A stretch of 64,000 bases of DNA, taken from assembly GCA_951406725.2 (NCBI GenBank), contig OX597823.1:64046001-64110000 (forward strand), read 5' to 3'. The notes under the pieces were generated by a model, which did no database searches, was not told where the DNA came from, and saw nothing but the letters and a program-made list of their open reading frames with translations. Source of the DNA: Octopus vulgaris. Lineage: Eukaryota. This document shows positions 13,280 through 25,290 of the stretch, in pieces. Made by a program: the position numbers and the translations under genes. Numbering within the stretch: position 1 is the stretch's first letter; every line of letters starts with the position of its first letter.

Positions 13280-13524
13280 GTATGTATGTATATCTATGTA
13301 TGTGTGTCTTTCTGTCTGTGCTTGTCCCCCGCCATTACCACTTGAATCATGGTGTTGGTATGTTTGCATCCCCGTAACTTAGCAGTTTGCCAAAAAGAGA
13401 TCGACAGAGTAAGTACCAGGCTAAAAAAAATAAGTCCTGCCGTCGATTTGTTCAACTAAAACCCTTCAAGGCAATGCCCCAGCATGGCCGCAGTCAAATG
13501 ACTGAAACAAGTAAAAGATAAAAG

Positions 13525-13525
<1 letters not shown>
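13000..13525 (+). mobile_element. SINE family A, older subfamily (head-to-head with a partial minus copy at about 12780-12938; another minus copy at about 17600-18268)
   Basis: Same head and tail motifs with an expanded internal microsatellite. Confidence 0.8.
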
Positions 13526-13563
<38 letters not shown>

Positions 13564-13683
13564 AGTATATATGTTTGTGTATGTATATTTCCTATTTATT
13601 TTTATTGCTCTTTCTCTATATGTGTGTGTTTGTGTCTGTCTTTGTGTATGTGCATGTGTATGTGTGTTCAAGTGGGTATATGC

Positions 13684-13719
<36 letters not shown>

Positions 13720-14294
13720 ATGTGTGTGTGTACATCTATATATATATACATATCTATATATATATACACACAATCCCATAACATTCAAATTTAGTTCTCA
13801 TGGTTTCATACAAAGTGAGTCTCTCCTGTTCCAGTGCCAAACAAATTTCCCCTTCCTCTGTAAACATACAATATATATACTTTTAATTATATATATATAT
13901 GAATTTCTCAAATCAGTGATTACTAGACTAATTTAAAATTTCCACACTATAAACCTAATTGCAGTTATGAAATTATAGGAAAAGTTATAAAGGAAACATC
14001 AGAAGCAGAACATATATATTGAGGGAATCTAGCCAGCAAGTCTGTAAGTCCAGTAGAAGACTTTTCAGTCTTTAGAATTTATTATATAGTAATAATGATT
14101 GTAAGTATCTGAAAAATATAATAGAATGTTTTAAAATAGCCGAAAATAACTGCAATTATGGACGGCCTAAGAGAATCGAAGAGCTTATTTTGCCAAAGTG
14201 ATGTTTCACAAGTAAATCAAGAGACACAGTCTTCAATTTCTTTAAAGAGGTAGTAATAATAATAATTACAGTAGTAATAGTTATAATGATGATG

Positions 14295-14329
<35 letters not shown>

Positions 14330-14429
14330 TGATGATGATGATGATAATAATAATAACAATGATAATAATAATAATAATAATAATCATAATAATGATGATG
14401 ATGATAATAATAACAATGATAATAATAAC

Positions 14430-14489
<60 letters not shown>

Positions 14490-14510
14490 AATAACAATGA
14501 TAATAACAAC

Positions 14511-14560
<50 letters not shown>

Positions 14561-14769
14561 TAATAATAATGAGAATAATTGTTTCAAATTTTGGCACAAG
14601 ACCAGAAAATTTTGGTGAGGGAATAAGTTGATTACATCGACCCCAGTGTTCGACTGGTACTTATTTTATTGACCGCGAAAGGATGAAAGAATTTGAACTC
14701 AGAATGTAAGGATGGACGAAATACCGCTAAGCATTTTGCCCAGAGATTTTCTGCCAGCTCATCACCTTA

Positions 14770-14822
<53 letters not shown>

Positions 14823-14830
14823 TAATAATG

Positions 14831-14876
<46 letters not shown>

Positions 14877-14911
14877 TAATAATGATAATAATAATAATAA
14901 TAATAATAATA

Positions 14912-15470
14912 AATGCCCTGATGCAGTACCAGGCAGTGGCTCTCATGGCGTCTGATCTTAACTGATTGGAAGTGTTATCATGTACATTGTTCTGTCTTGG
15001 TATAAAAGATGGGCTACAGCAAATATTCTGCTCAATACCACAGATTTGCTTGTCAGTTGTTTGACCTTAGCCAGTTGAGCATGTCCCTTAGTGGCTGACG
15101 ATATGTGCATCTCTGATCACGAGCAGAAGTAGTGGGGGAGCATCATAGCCATGTGTTGAGAGGGATTCTTTGGGGTTTGAATAATTCACCTCTGGAGATT
15201 GGGGTGGTTTTTTCAACATCCTTAAACAACCCTTATTCAGGGACTGGTTGAGCGGGATGGGCTACTCAACCTGAAGAAAATTCTAACTGGGCCCCACCTG
15301 CAAGGTCATGTGCTGTTTATCTTGATATGAGATCACCATGTCGCGCACATATGGTTGTGATGCACATGTGCCTGGTATGCCCTTATCAGATGGGTAGTCA
15401 TGATGGGTATATTGGGCTTCGTATATTTTACTCCAGTGTCACTTTGATGGCATGAACTGCTCTCTCACTC
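14912..15470. mobile_element. About 560-bp non-coding element embedded in a (TAA)n microsatellite; possibly mobilised by a Dong/R4-type LINE
   Basis: GC-richer block with sharp boundaries and (AAT)n on both sides. It has no ORF and lies next to a Dong/R4-like remnant. Confidence 0.5.
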
Positions 15471-15519
<49 letters not shown>

Positions 15520-15549
15520 GACTAATAGTTTTTGCAGTGGAAACACTTA

Positions 15550-15975
15550 GTTCCCACTGATAAAAATATATCTGTAAAGGAATTTGACAAATTAAGTAAA
15601 TATAAAGAACCGGAAATTGAAACACAAAAAATGTGGCTTCTTAAAGTGAGAACTGTTCCTGTCATTGTAGGTGTCCTAGGTATGATAAAAAAGGGATGTT
15701 AGGAACATCTAGATAACATCCCAGGAGACCCATGTCTCAAAGAAATCCAAAAGATTGTGCTGATAAGTAGTGCCCACATCCTTAGAAAACCCTATCACCT
15801 TAAATGTCTGTGTTGTATTACATGAAGATATTTTACTACTGCTCCTGTCACTTCCCCTCCCAAGCTTTCAGTCATACTGTAACTTCTCTTATCCTTCACT
15901 TGCCCTAGGATGCTGGGTGTGTCTTGATAAGTGATTGTAACAAATATGCAGATTAAAAGTAAATGACAATAATAG
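15550..15975 (+). mobile_element. 3' end of a Dong/R4-clade non-LTR retrotransposon (restriction-like endonuclease C-terminus plus 3' UTR)
   Basis: VPTDKNISVKEFDKLSKYKEPEIETQKMWLLKVRTVPVIVGVLGMIKKGC*EHLDNIPGDPCLKEIQKIVLISSAHILRK matches the R4/Dong pattern (KxxKYxxL ... VPVVIGALG ... QKxxLLGTAxILRK). It is flanked by TAA/TGA repeats and has one in-frame stop. Confidence 0.8.
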
Positions 15976-16066
15976 TAATGATGATGATGATGATGATGAT
16001 GATTAAAGTGATGATGATGAGGGTGTAATTTCTATAAAACTAACTATATATCTTTTATTATTTCAG

Positions 16067-16296
16067 GCTGCAAAAATGCCGGTTGCATTAATGAGAAACC
16101 ACCAGATAAAGAAATTTGGAGACCGTTTAGTTAAACAAACGATAGAAAGCTGTCCCAAAATCAAATATACTATCAAGAAATGTGGTGCAGAAATATCCTC
16201 CCCAATAGAATGGAAGAGGTGGATTCCTGGAATGGAATATACCAAATGTATTGTCATAAAGAATTTATTGATAAAGATCCAGAAGTTTACGTATGA
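16067..16296 (+). CDS. CFAP65: Coding exon of a CFAP65/CCDC108-like cilia- and flagella-associated protein (N-terminal part; probable start ATG at 16076)
   Basis: Acceptor tcttttattatttcag|G at 16066/16067, ATG in AAAATG context at 16076, donor TATGA|gtaagt at 16296/16297 (phase 2). The peptide GAEISSPIEWKRWIPGMEYTKCIVIKNLLIKIQKFTYE aligns without gaps to my recollection of human CFAP65 [38 protein letters not shown]. Confidence 0.85.
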
Positions 16297-17324
16297 GTAA
16301 GTTTAATGTCAAACCATGAATGACAGTTCTTTGATTTCCGTAATTACAAGATGTTCATTTGCAGCTGTCATGTGACATGAAGACAAGGATACACTCCCCC
16401 CCTTCACACAAACATTTATAAAAATATATATAACAGGCTTCATTCAGTTTCCATCAACGAAATCCACTCACAAGGCTTTGTTTTATCATCCTGGGGCTAT
16501 AGTTAAAGATACTTGTCTGAAGTGTCATGTACTGGGACTGAATCGAAGACCATATGGTTGGCAGGCAAGCCCCTTAACTACTCAGCCACACCTATTTCTT
16601 TACTACCCACAAGGGGCTAAACACAGAGGGGACAAACAAGGACAGACAAACGGATTAAGTCAATTATATCGACCCCAGTACATAACTGGTACTTATTTAA
16701 TCGACCCCGAAAGGATGAAAGGCAAAGTCGACCTTGGTGGAATTTGAACTCACAACGTAGCGGCAGACGAAATACCGCTAAGCATTTCGCCCGGCATGCT
16801 AACGTTTCTGCCAGCTCGCCGCCTCAGTCACACCTGCACCAACCCACACCTCATCAATTAACACCTACAGTAACCCACACCTGCACCAATTCACACCTGT
16901 GACTTGGAAAATTTGTTTCCACTCTTTTGTATGGATGTGAGACTTGGACTGCATACAGCTAATACATTAATGCCCTGTACACCTTGACATGTTTAGACCT
17001 TGGTAACCTTTAACAGACCTGGAAGAACCTTCTAGTCATCTGTCAAGACAGGATCTCAGCACATAGAGATTAACAGTCAAACTAAAAGAAGCGTTTAATC
17101 AGAGTTACACGTAGGCTTTCACGCCAACCCCTTAGCATTTAAAGTGGCCATAACTGGAGAATATGTCCTCCTTGTTTTATGTTCAAACTGATCAGATCCT
17201 GTTTTTCACACTTGCCCAACTTACATTATTCTAAAAGTAAACAATTACATCATCATAACCTCAAAGCTATTAAATAATGCATGATTAATTCAATGTGAAT
17301 TAATAAGCACAACATCTGACAGAG

Positions 17325-17545
17325 TAATAATAATAATAATGAAATTATTGTATACAGTGCTCAGGTGCACCACAACTTGTCAGAAAGTGCATATAAAGTA
17401 TATGCAGTAATGTACAAATGTCTGGAAAGCGAACAATGTATGAGTCAGATACATGCTTGTGTGTGTATGGAGGGGAGAAAATCAGGTGTAGTGTTGGCGA
17501 ATCTCAGAAAGCATAGAAGTTTTGAAGGATGCAGTTCTCCGGGGT
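17325..17545 (-). mobile_element. Probable 3' end of a retroelement with a (TTA)n tail
   Basis: A GC-richer block abutting a (TAA)n tract; family not identified. Confidence 0.35.
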
Positions 17546-19253
17546 TAAACATTTATAGGTTCTACCTGTGACCAAAGATGCACATTCGGTTTTTCTTTTA
17601 CTTTTTATTAACTACTTGTTTCAGTCGTTGGACTGCGACCATGCTGAAGCACTGCCTAAAAGAGTTTAGCCGAACAAATTGATGAGTATACTTGTGTTTT
17701 TTTTTAAAGTCTGGTACTTATTCTGTCAGCTTCTTTTTACTGAAATTCTAAGTTACAGGGATGTAAACAAACCAGCACTGGTTGTTGAGTGGTGGTGGGT
17801 GACAAACAAAAGCACAAAGACATACATACATACATACATACATACATACATACATACATACATACATACATACATACACATACATACACATACATACATA
17901 CATACATATACATACATACATACATACATACATACATACATACATACATACATACATACATACACATACATGCATGCATGCATCCATCCATCCGTACATA
18001 CACACATGCATACATACATACATACATACATACATACATACATACATACATACATACATACATACATACATGCATACATACCTACAAACCTATATGAAAG
18101 AATAAATAAATGACAGAATTCTTTCGGTTTCCACCCTACCTAATTCACTCTCAAGATTTTGATCGACCCAGGGCTATTGTAGAAAAAAAACTTGTCCAGA
18201 ATGCCACAAAGTGGGACTGAACCTGGAACCATATGGTTGAGAAGCAGACTTCTTATCACACAGTCATACAAGATCCATAGATAAAAAAGATTGTCATTGT
18301 AGGATTCCATGGACAACCATAAATAAACAACAGTACGTTTCATATGTGTGAGTGTTTAAGCCTGTGTTTTTATGTGTATATGTATTTGTTTGTATGTATT
18401 TGTTTTATATGTGTATCTGTGTTTCATGTCTTCATGAATGTGTTATGTCTATATGTATGCATGTGTATCTATGTATTTATGTATGTGTGTATCTGGATGT
18501 ATATGTGTGTGTTTGTATGCATTTGTACATCTGTATGCATATGTGTGTATGCATGTGTGTGTGTATGTGGGCATGTGTGTGCTTAGAGAAGTCTATGATT
18601 CCTATGAGGATACTGATTCCTTATAAAAATATGCAAATGTGATTGTGTGTGTATGAGTGTGTGCCTATGTGTGTGTATGTATGTGTGTGCACATGTGTGC
18701 AAGTGTGTGCATGTGTGTGTGTTTGTGTCTGTGTGCATATGTGTAGGTAGGTGTGTATGAAAATTCCTTCATTCTGCAAGTGTTTCTTGTCACTTAGAAT
18801 ACATTTTACAAAATAATCAGGAAAACTGATTCAATTTCAAATTTTGCTATTAATCTTTTTTTTTTCTTTGGTGGTGTTCAATATCTCCACCATGATGATG
18901 ACAATGATAACTACAATGACGGCAGCCACCTCTGCCACCACCATTACCTACCCCTCCTGCAATTTATAAAACGACTACAACAACAACAATAACAACAAAA
19001 CGAAGTGAGAAAACCAAACAAAAAAATGTCCAATAAAAAGCAAACATCAAAAGGGGGAAATGTGAGGAAGCTAAAACTATTTCCTCAATTGCCATCACAT
19101 CACCTTAGTTCTCCCTTAATTTTGTTTTGTTTGCATCCCCTTTTGTTTGCCCACAAAATGAGTATTCTCACTAATTAAACTTCGTTATTTGCGTCAACTC
19201 TAATAATTTCTGGAGTCATTATATTTTCAGTTTATTTATTATTTTAGTGATGA

Positions 19254-19440
19254 ATGACAATTTCAATGACTTTCAAGGAACAGATTGTCTTGTCTGTTAT
19301 ACGCTCGCATAATGCAGGGAATCTCTTTGACAATGTCTGCTCACACTGCAAAGCTCACAGATGGCCTGCTGAATTGAAATCTCTGTGTTCCTTTAAGAAG
19401 GTAAAATTGGATAAACTGCATCTCCCTCCAAACATTTGTA
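19254..19440 (+). mobile_element. Helitron Rep/Hel N-terminal zinc-finger fragment (pseudogenic)
   Basis: NVCSHCKAHRWPAELKSLCSFKKVKLDKLHLPP resembles the Helitron motif CxxCxAxxWxxExxxxCCxxGKVxLxxLxxPP. Confidence 0.6.
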
Positions 19441-19692
19441 GCTAGAAATTGCAGTCAAATCTCCCTCAGATCACACTTTTCTATTCTAATGGACCAATGT
19501 CAGATCCTTTAAATAGTTGCTTGACTTGCTAGAAATTGCAGTCAAATCTCCCTCAGATCACACTTTTCTATTCTAATGGACCAATGTCAGATCCTCTAAA
19601 TAGTTGCTTGACTTGCTAGAAATAGCTGTCAAATCTCCCTCAGATCACACTTTTCTATTCTAATGGACCAATGTTAGATCCTCTAAATAGTT
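19441..19692. repeat. Tandem repeat, about 3 x 87 bp
   Basis: The unit gctagaaattgcagtcaaatctccctcagatcacac...gttgcttgactt starts at 19441, 19528 and 19615. Confidence 0.9.
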
Positions 19693-19797
19693 CATATAAC
19701 AATGTGTGGGCATTGGCTTCTTTAGGCTGCAGAGAAATCAGAACCCCAAGATTTAATTCTATATCGCAGCAATTTTGTACAAACAAACATAGCAAAC

Positions 19798-19920
19798 AAG
19801 GGTGTGCTGAAAAATTCATAGGATGACTATGAAGGAGTAATGCTAGTTGATCAGTCTCCCTGTTCTCCTGATTTGGCCCTATCTGACTATCTTCTGCTCC
19901 CCAACATGAAAAAAATGCAG
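19798..19920 (+). mobile_element. Mariner fragment
   Basis: TIR-like gggtgtgctgaaaaattcatag, then LVDQSPCSPDLALSDYLLLPNMKK (compare HPPYSPDLAPSDYHLFPxMK). Confidence 0.7.
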
Positions 19921-20424
19921 GTAATAATTTATCAATCCCCCCAAATAATGAAGAGATCTTACCATGTCAGGTAAGTCATGGTTTGACATGGAATAAAAAA
20001 AAAATTAAAATAAAGGCATTCTATTGTGAAAATTGCCTGACAACAATGGGCTACTTAGCTAGTACACATATATGTGCATGAATGTATGTGTGTGTGTATG
20101 TGTGTGTATGTGAAGACATGATACCGAGTGGTCAGGCTGTTGTACTCACGATCGCTAGATTGTAGGTTTGATTCTCTGACTGGAAGATGTGATGTGTTCT
20201 TGAGCAAAACAATTTGAATTGCTTCAGTCCCCCTTTTGATCAAGGAAGAATGTTGGCCTGATCACCTAGCCAGTGGGGTGGTGTCATTTGAAGACTAAAA
20301 CAATGCAAGACATCTGATAGCATGGTCAGTCACATGATCACATGATATATATACATATATATATATATATCATGAAATAAAAACTTACTTGGAGAAGAGG
20401 AAAACAACGCGTGGCGTTCAATCG

Positions 20425-20843
20425 TATAATAATAATTTAATAAATAAAACATATACATACATACATACATATATGTACATACCTACATCTATATGTATAT
20501 ATACATGCATATATGAGTACAGGACACCACAAATAAACATAGAACACAACGAGAAATGAAAACATAAAATCAAACAAGGAAATGGACGAAACATGCATTG
20601 AGTCGAAACAGGGGCAGCTGATGAAGGGGAATTTTCCTTGTATTGTTTGTCTTGTACTCTGTTTTTTCGTTGTTAAAAAAAGTCTGTTTCCCTGTTTGAT
20701 TTTATGTTTTCGTTTCTTGCGTTCTACGTTTATTTGTGGTGTCCTGTACTTATATATGCATGTATATATACATAAAGATGTAGGTATGTACATATATGTA
20801 TGTATGTATGCATATGTTTTATTTATTAAATTGTTATTATATA
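20425..20843. repeat. Imperfect inverted repeat of a dispersed AT-rich element (Penelope-like candidate)
   Basis: About 20425-20580 is the reverse complement of about 20690-20843. The spacer has GAAACATGCA and CAGCTGATGAAG. A homologous single copy lies at about 29510-29755 (CAACTGAAGAAG). Confidence 0.75.
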
Positions 20844-23800
20844 TATCATGAGTGGATCATATATCCAAAAAACATGCACTCTCTATAATGTATTTACAGG
20901 AAGTCTTCCTGTAAATATAGATAGATATATATATATATTTGTCTATATCTGTATGTGTATGTATACACACACACATACATACACACACACATATTTACAT
21001 TTATATCACATACATACACACACGTGCATACATATATACTTAGACACATTCAAGCATACAGGTACATACACATTATTCAAATGTCAAATGTCAAATAACA
21101 CTGTAAGAATCACCAGACATGCTTGCATGCAATAATACTGTACAAATATAAATAATTCTCAGAGCTCAAGCAAGCTTTCAATTCTATCATCTTCTTCCCC
21201 TAAGACAATAGTTTCTGAAACATCAGGAATTATTAACAATAGGCAGTATAGTAAGTATCATTATAGAACATCATACAATGGAGGCAAGCACAGTTTGAAC
21301 ACATTTTTGCTTCTTCATTTTTGTGTCGAAAAATATTTTCTGAGGAAAATCATACATCATTTCAAAGTTCTGGATGTGAAGTTTTTTTCTCATATAGTTT
21401 TGATTAAAATCCAACAGTTACATATCATGTCAAAATCCTTCAAACACCCTGGTATTCCCATGCATTTACAAAGTTTGCTCTGTTTTTTTCCTTCTGATTG
21501 CTGAATGGAAGCCCTTGTTCTAGCTCAATGCACTCAAACACCATAATGGAAGTTGTGTTAAAAATCATATGGTCATAAAGAGAAAGATTTTTGCTTTATT
21601 TTGATATAGATATCGATGGGGGTAAGTCAGATAAACATTATGAAATATGAAAGTTAAGATTTCATTGTTAATATTCATGTAGAAAGAGTGTATTTTCAAG
21701 ATTTTTATATCATAATAAAAAAGAAACTTTCTCACGAATTCAATGTGATTTTGATAATTCTGACCATGCTATTGCAAAAAAGTGCAAAATGAGTAAAGAG
21801 GGTGATATAGTGTAATGATTCTATAACTGTTCTAGGGAAGGACAACACCATTGTAATGCACAAATGAAATGAAGAACATTGAAAAATAATGAGAATAGTC
21901 ACAAATTTATTTGTCTGCATGTTTAGTAAGACAGATACAGTTGTTATTGACATGTTGATGGCTTGCTCGCTGGTGGTTGTATGTTCTGCTGATAGAGAAA
22001 GAAAGGGTAAGGATTGCCTTCTGACAGACACGTTTTGCTGAGGCAAAATGTGTCTGGCACTGTGGTCGTGGACATTTGCTGTTGTTAACAAGAATGACAC
22101 AGTGTGGCATGCTGGCATGTAGCGAGAAACAAGTAACTCTATGTATACATGGCCAACCTAGGGTCTTACAGAAGTGAGTTGTGTCTAGAATAATTGGCAC
22201 AAAGAGCATGAAACATTCAACGTGCATGAGGAGCGCATGAGACATCCAAGAGAGAGAGACAGAGAGAGAAAGCAATGCTCTCCATTATATAGTGTATGGC
22301 CAAGAAGTAAGTCAAACCTTAAACAAAAGATTGAACCTTCTGTGACCAGCAAAGATCCTAGATGGTCAAGTATTTCACATGGATCTTTCAACATTAGTCA
22401 GGAGCACTCCGTCGGTTACGACAATGAGGGTCCCAGCTGATACTCGTGGAATTAACGTGCAAGTGGCTGAGCATTCCACAAACACGTGCACCCTTAACGT
22501 AGTTCTCGAGGAGATTCAGCATGACACAGAGTGTGACAAGGCTAGCCCTTTGAAATACAGGTACAACAGAAACAGGAAGAAAGAGTGAGAGAAAGTTGTG
22601 GTGAAAGAGTACAGCAGGGTTCACCACCACCCCCTGCAGGAGCCTTGTGAAGCTTTAGGTGTTTTTGCTCAATAAACACTCACAATGCCCGGTCTGGGAA
22701 TCGAAAGCGCGATCCTACGATCGCGAGTCCGCTGCCCTAACCACTGGGCCATTGCACCTCCACCTTTCAACATAGAGATAACAGACAAAGCATCAGATTT
22801 TCACTTGGCAAACAACAAATGTGTGGATTCAGTTTTGAATCTCGCCAGGTAGGGCCAAATAAGCTCCTATAGTGGTATATTGGTTCTACTTGCCAAACTG
22901 ATGTATTCGTGTGTGGTGAACGGTCAAGTGAATCAGAAATCCAAGGTTTCAAATCCTGAGTTTGAGCCAGAATTTCAAGAAACAAATGAACTAATTACTA
23001 AGTAAACATATTTCTACAAAAAAAAAAAAAAAAATGAACTAAATTGAGTTTAATAACTGAGTTCTAGAGTTTAATAATTGAGTTCTAGAGCCCAAACTTA
23101 TCACAAAGTTATTGTATTGAGAATGTTGTTTATCCCCTCTCACTGTTTTAACAACATGTGGAGAACTTCTAGACAAACCTAACAGATATTCGTGTACCTA
23201 TAAATTTAGTTTTTCTTTGAGAAATATTGGTCAAATTCTACCAATGAAAATTGTATTGTGCAATGAACATAATTTTGCAGACTATGTGAGATGTGATGTC
23301 TTTTTTCCCATTTTGAATAGTGCCAGGACAATTTGTGTCAGTGTTTACACGTTCATTTTGGTTTTGTTTTCATCTCTCTACTAACGAGTTTGTTCTAAGT
23401 TACAGATGTTGTTAATGTTTTTAATGCTTAAAGCAAGAAATTAGTTTTCACATTTTGTTGGTTTTTAATCCCAGTCTACATGCAGTTCTGAGAAAGGTAT
23501 GAAGTAGTTGTGGGATGTGCTAAAAACAACAGCTAAATCTTCCTTAAATTACACACCTTTTCATTTAAAGATATTTTTCATAGCTTTTTTTACCGTAAAG
23601 GCTTCACCCATTATTTTTAAGTGTGTAGTGTAAACAAAATTGGCCAAACCAATCCGGTGAGGGTAGAAGGTGGTGGTGGTGGAAAAAACAATCATAAATC
23701 TTCAAAAAGATTTTCATACAAAGCTTACCTATCATTTAAAAGACCACGATGCAAAATTAAAAAAAAGGGGAAAATTCTCATCAAAATGGAGAAAATCCAA

Positions 23801-24390
23801 CTTACATGGATGTTCTAATCTGAAACCACAATTTATAGCCATTTTAATAGTCCATTAAAATTTCAATTGAAATGGCATCATGTCCCAAAATCTCATGATT
23901 TATTTACCTCTATACCTATTGCAAATGTGCAAAAACTCAAATTCCTGTGGCTTTTAGCTTTGGAAACTAGTAGAAAGAAATTTATCTTTTCTCTAGTACT
24001 CTGTTGTAATTATGACCTAAATACTTAGTGCCTCATATTGCTTTCTCTGGTGAAAATGCCCTCTTCAAAATGTAAATCTTCAGCTTATCACAAAGTACAT
24101 CAACAAATACCTTTCTTGAGTTGATAAAGAAGCTACTATCAGACACGTTATCTGTCAGAAATAGCAGCTAAATTCTCTAAAGTTATATCCTACCATCTTA
24201 AAACAAATGGATATCATAAGAACATAATGAGTAATGCAGTCTTAGTCAAGAGATGGTGATACATGTGACACGGGTTTTTCAGTGACACATGATGGACTTT
24301 GCAAAAAATTAAAAAAATTAAAATAAATAAATAAATGTTCCCTGCATTATCATGCTAGAAAAAGGCTTTACCAAGTGCTAAAATTCATCT

Positions 24391-24831
24391 ATAGGCGTAG
24401 TAGTGGCTGTGTGGTAAGTAGCTTGCTTACAAACCGCATGGTTCCAGGTTCAGTCCCACTGTGAGGCACCTTGGGCAAGTACCTTCTACTATAGCCTCGG
24501 GCCGACCAAAGCCTTGTGAGTGGATTTGGTAGACGGAAACTGAAAGAAGCCTGTTGTATATATGTATATATATGTGTGTGTGTATGTGTGTGTGTGTGTG
24601 TGTGTGTTTGTGTGTGTATGTTTGTGTGTCTGTGTTTGTCCCCCCAACATCGCTTGACAACTGATTCTGGTGTGTTTACGTCCCCGTAACTTAGCGGTTC
24701 GGCAAAAAGAGACCAATAGAATAAGTTCTAGGCTTACAAAGAATAAGTCCTGGGGTCGATTTACTTGACTAAAGGCAGTGCTCCAGCATGGCCACAGTCA
24801 AATGACTGAAACAAGTAAAAGAGTAAAAGAG
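24391..24831 (+). mobile_element. SINE family A (tRNA-like head, internal microsatellite, tail aatgactgaaacaagtaaaagag)
   Basis: Head ataggcgtagtagtggctgtgtggtaag...ggttcagtccc (A-box and B-box like). More than 10 copies occur in the window. Confidence 0.9.
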
Positions 24832-25062
24832 CATCACTCCAATAACAGCATTATTAAAGAAATTAGAATATTGACATTTGCTCAACTTAAAGTACTGGAG
24901 GCTTTTAATCACAGAACTGCACACTTAGAGTACATCTGATACAAAATACAATTCACCACCACCAACAGCATATTTATTTTATTTATTCATTTTATTGCTT
25001 ATATTTCCATTTTGGTTCTCGTCTATACTTGCTGCTACTTTCCTACTGATTTTGTAATATAT

Positions 25063-25290
25063 CAACCCTTTAGCATCCAGATCACTCTGTCAAAAGTAAT
25101 GCTCATTTATTCACTTTGTTTTGAATTAATCATGCATCATCTCATAGCTTCAAGATTTCAATGTTGTGATTGTATATTTTTGCTATGACATTCTAAGGGA
25201 GGTGTGAGATGTGAAATCTGACCAGTTTTGACATAAAACAAGTTCAATGTTTAGGTTGAATATGGCCAGCCTAAATGCTAAAGAGTTAAA
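25063..25290. mobile_element. MITE with TTAA-type ends (piggyBac-like); copies at about 55811-56041, 17125-17325 and 5870-6062
   Basis: Ends aaccctttagcat ... atgctaaagagttaa, with a conserved body across copies. Confidence 0.7.
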
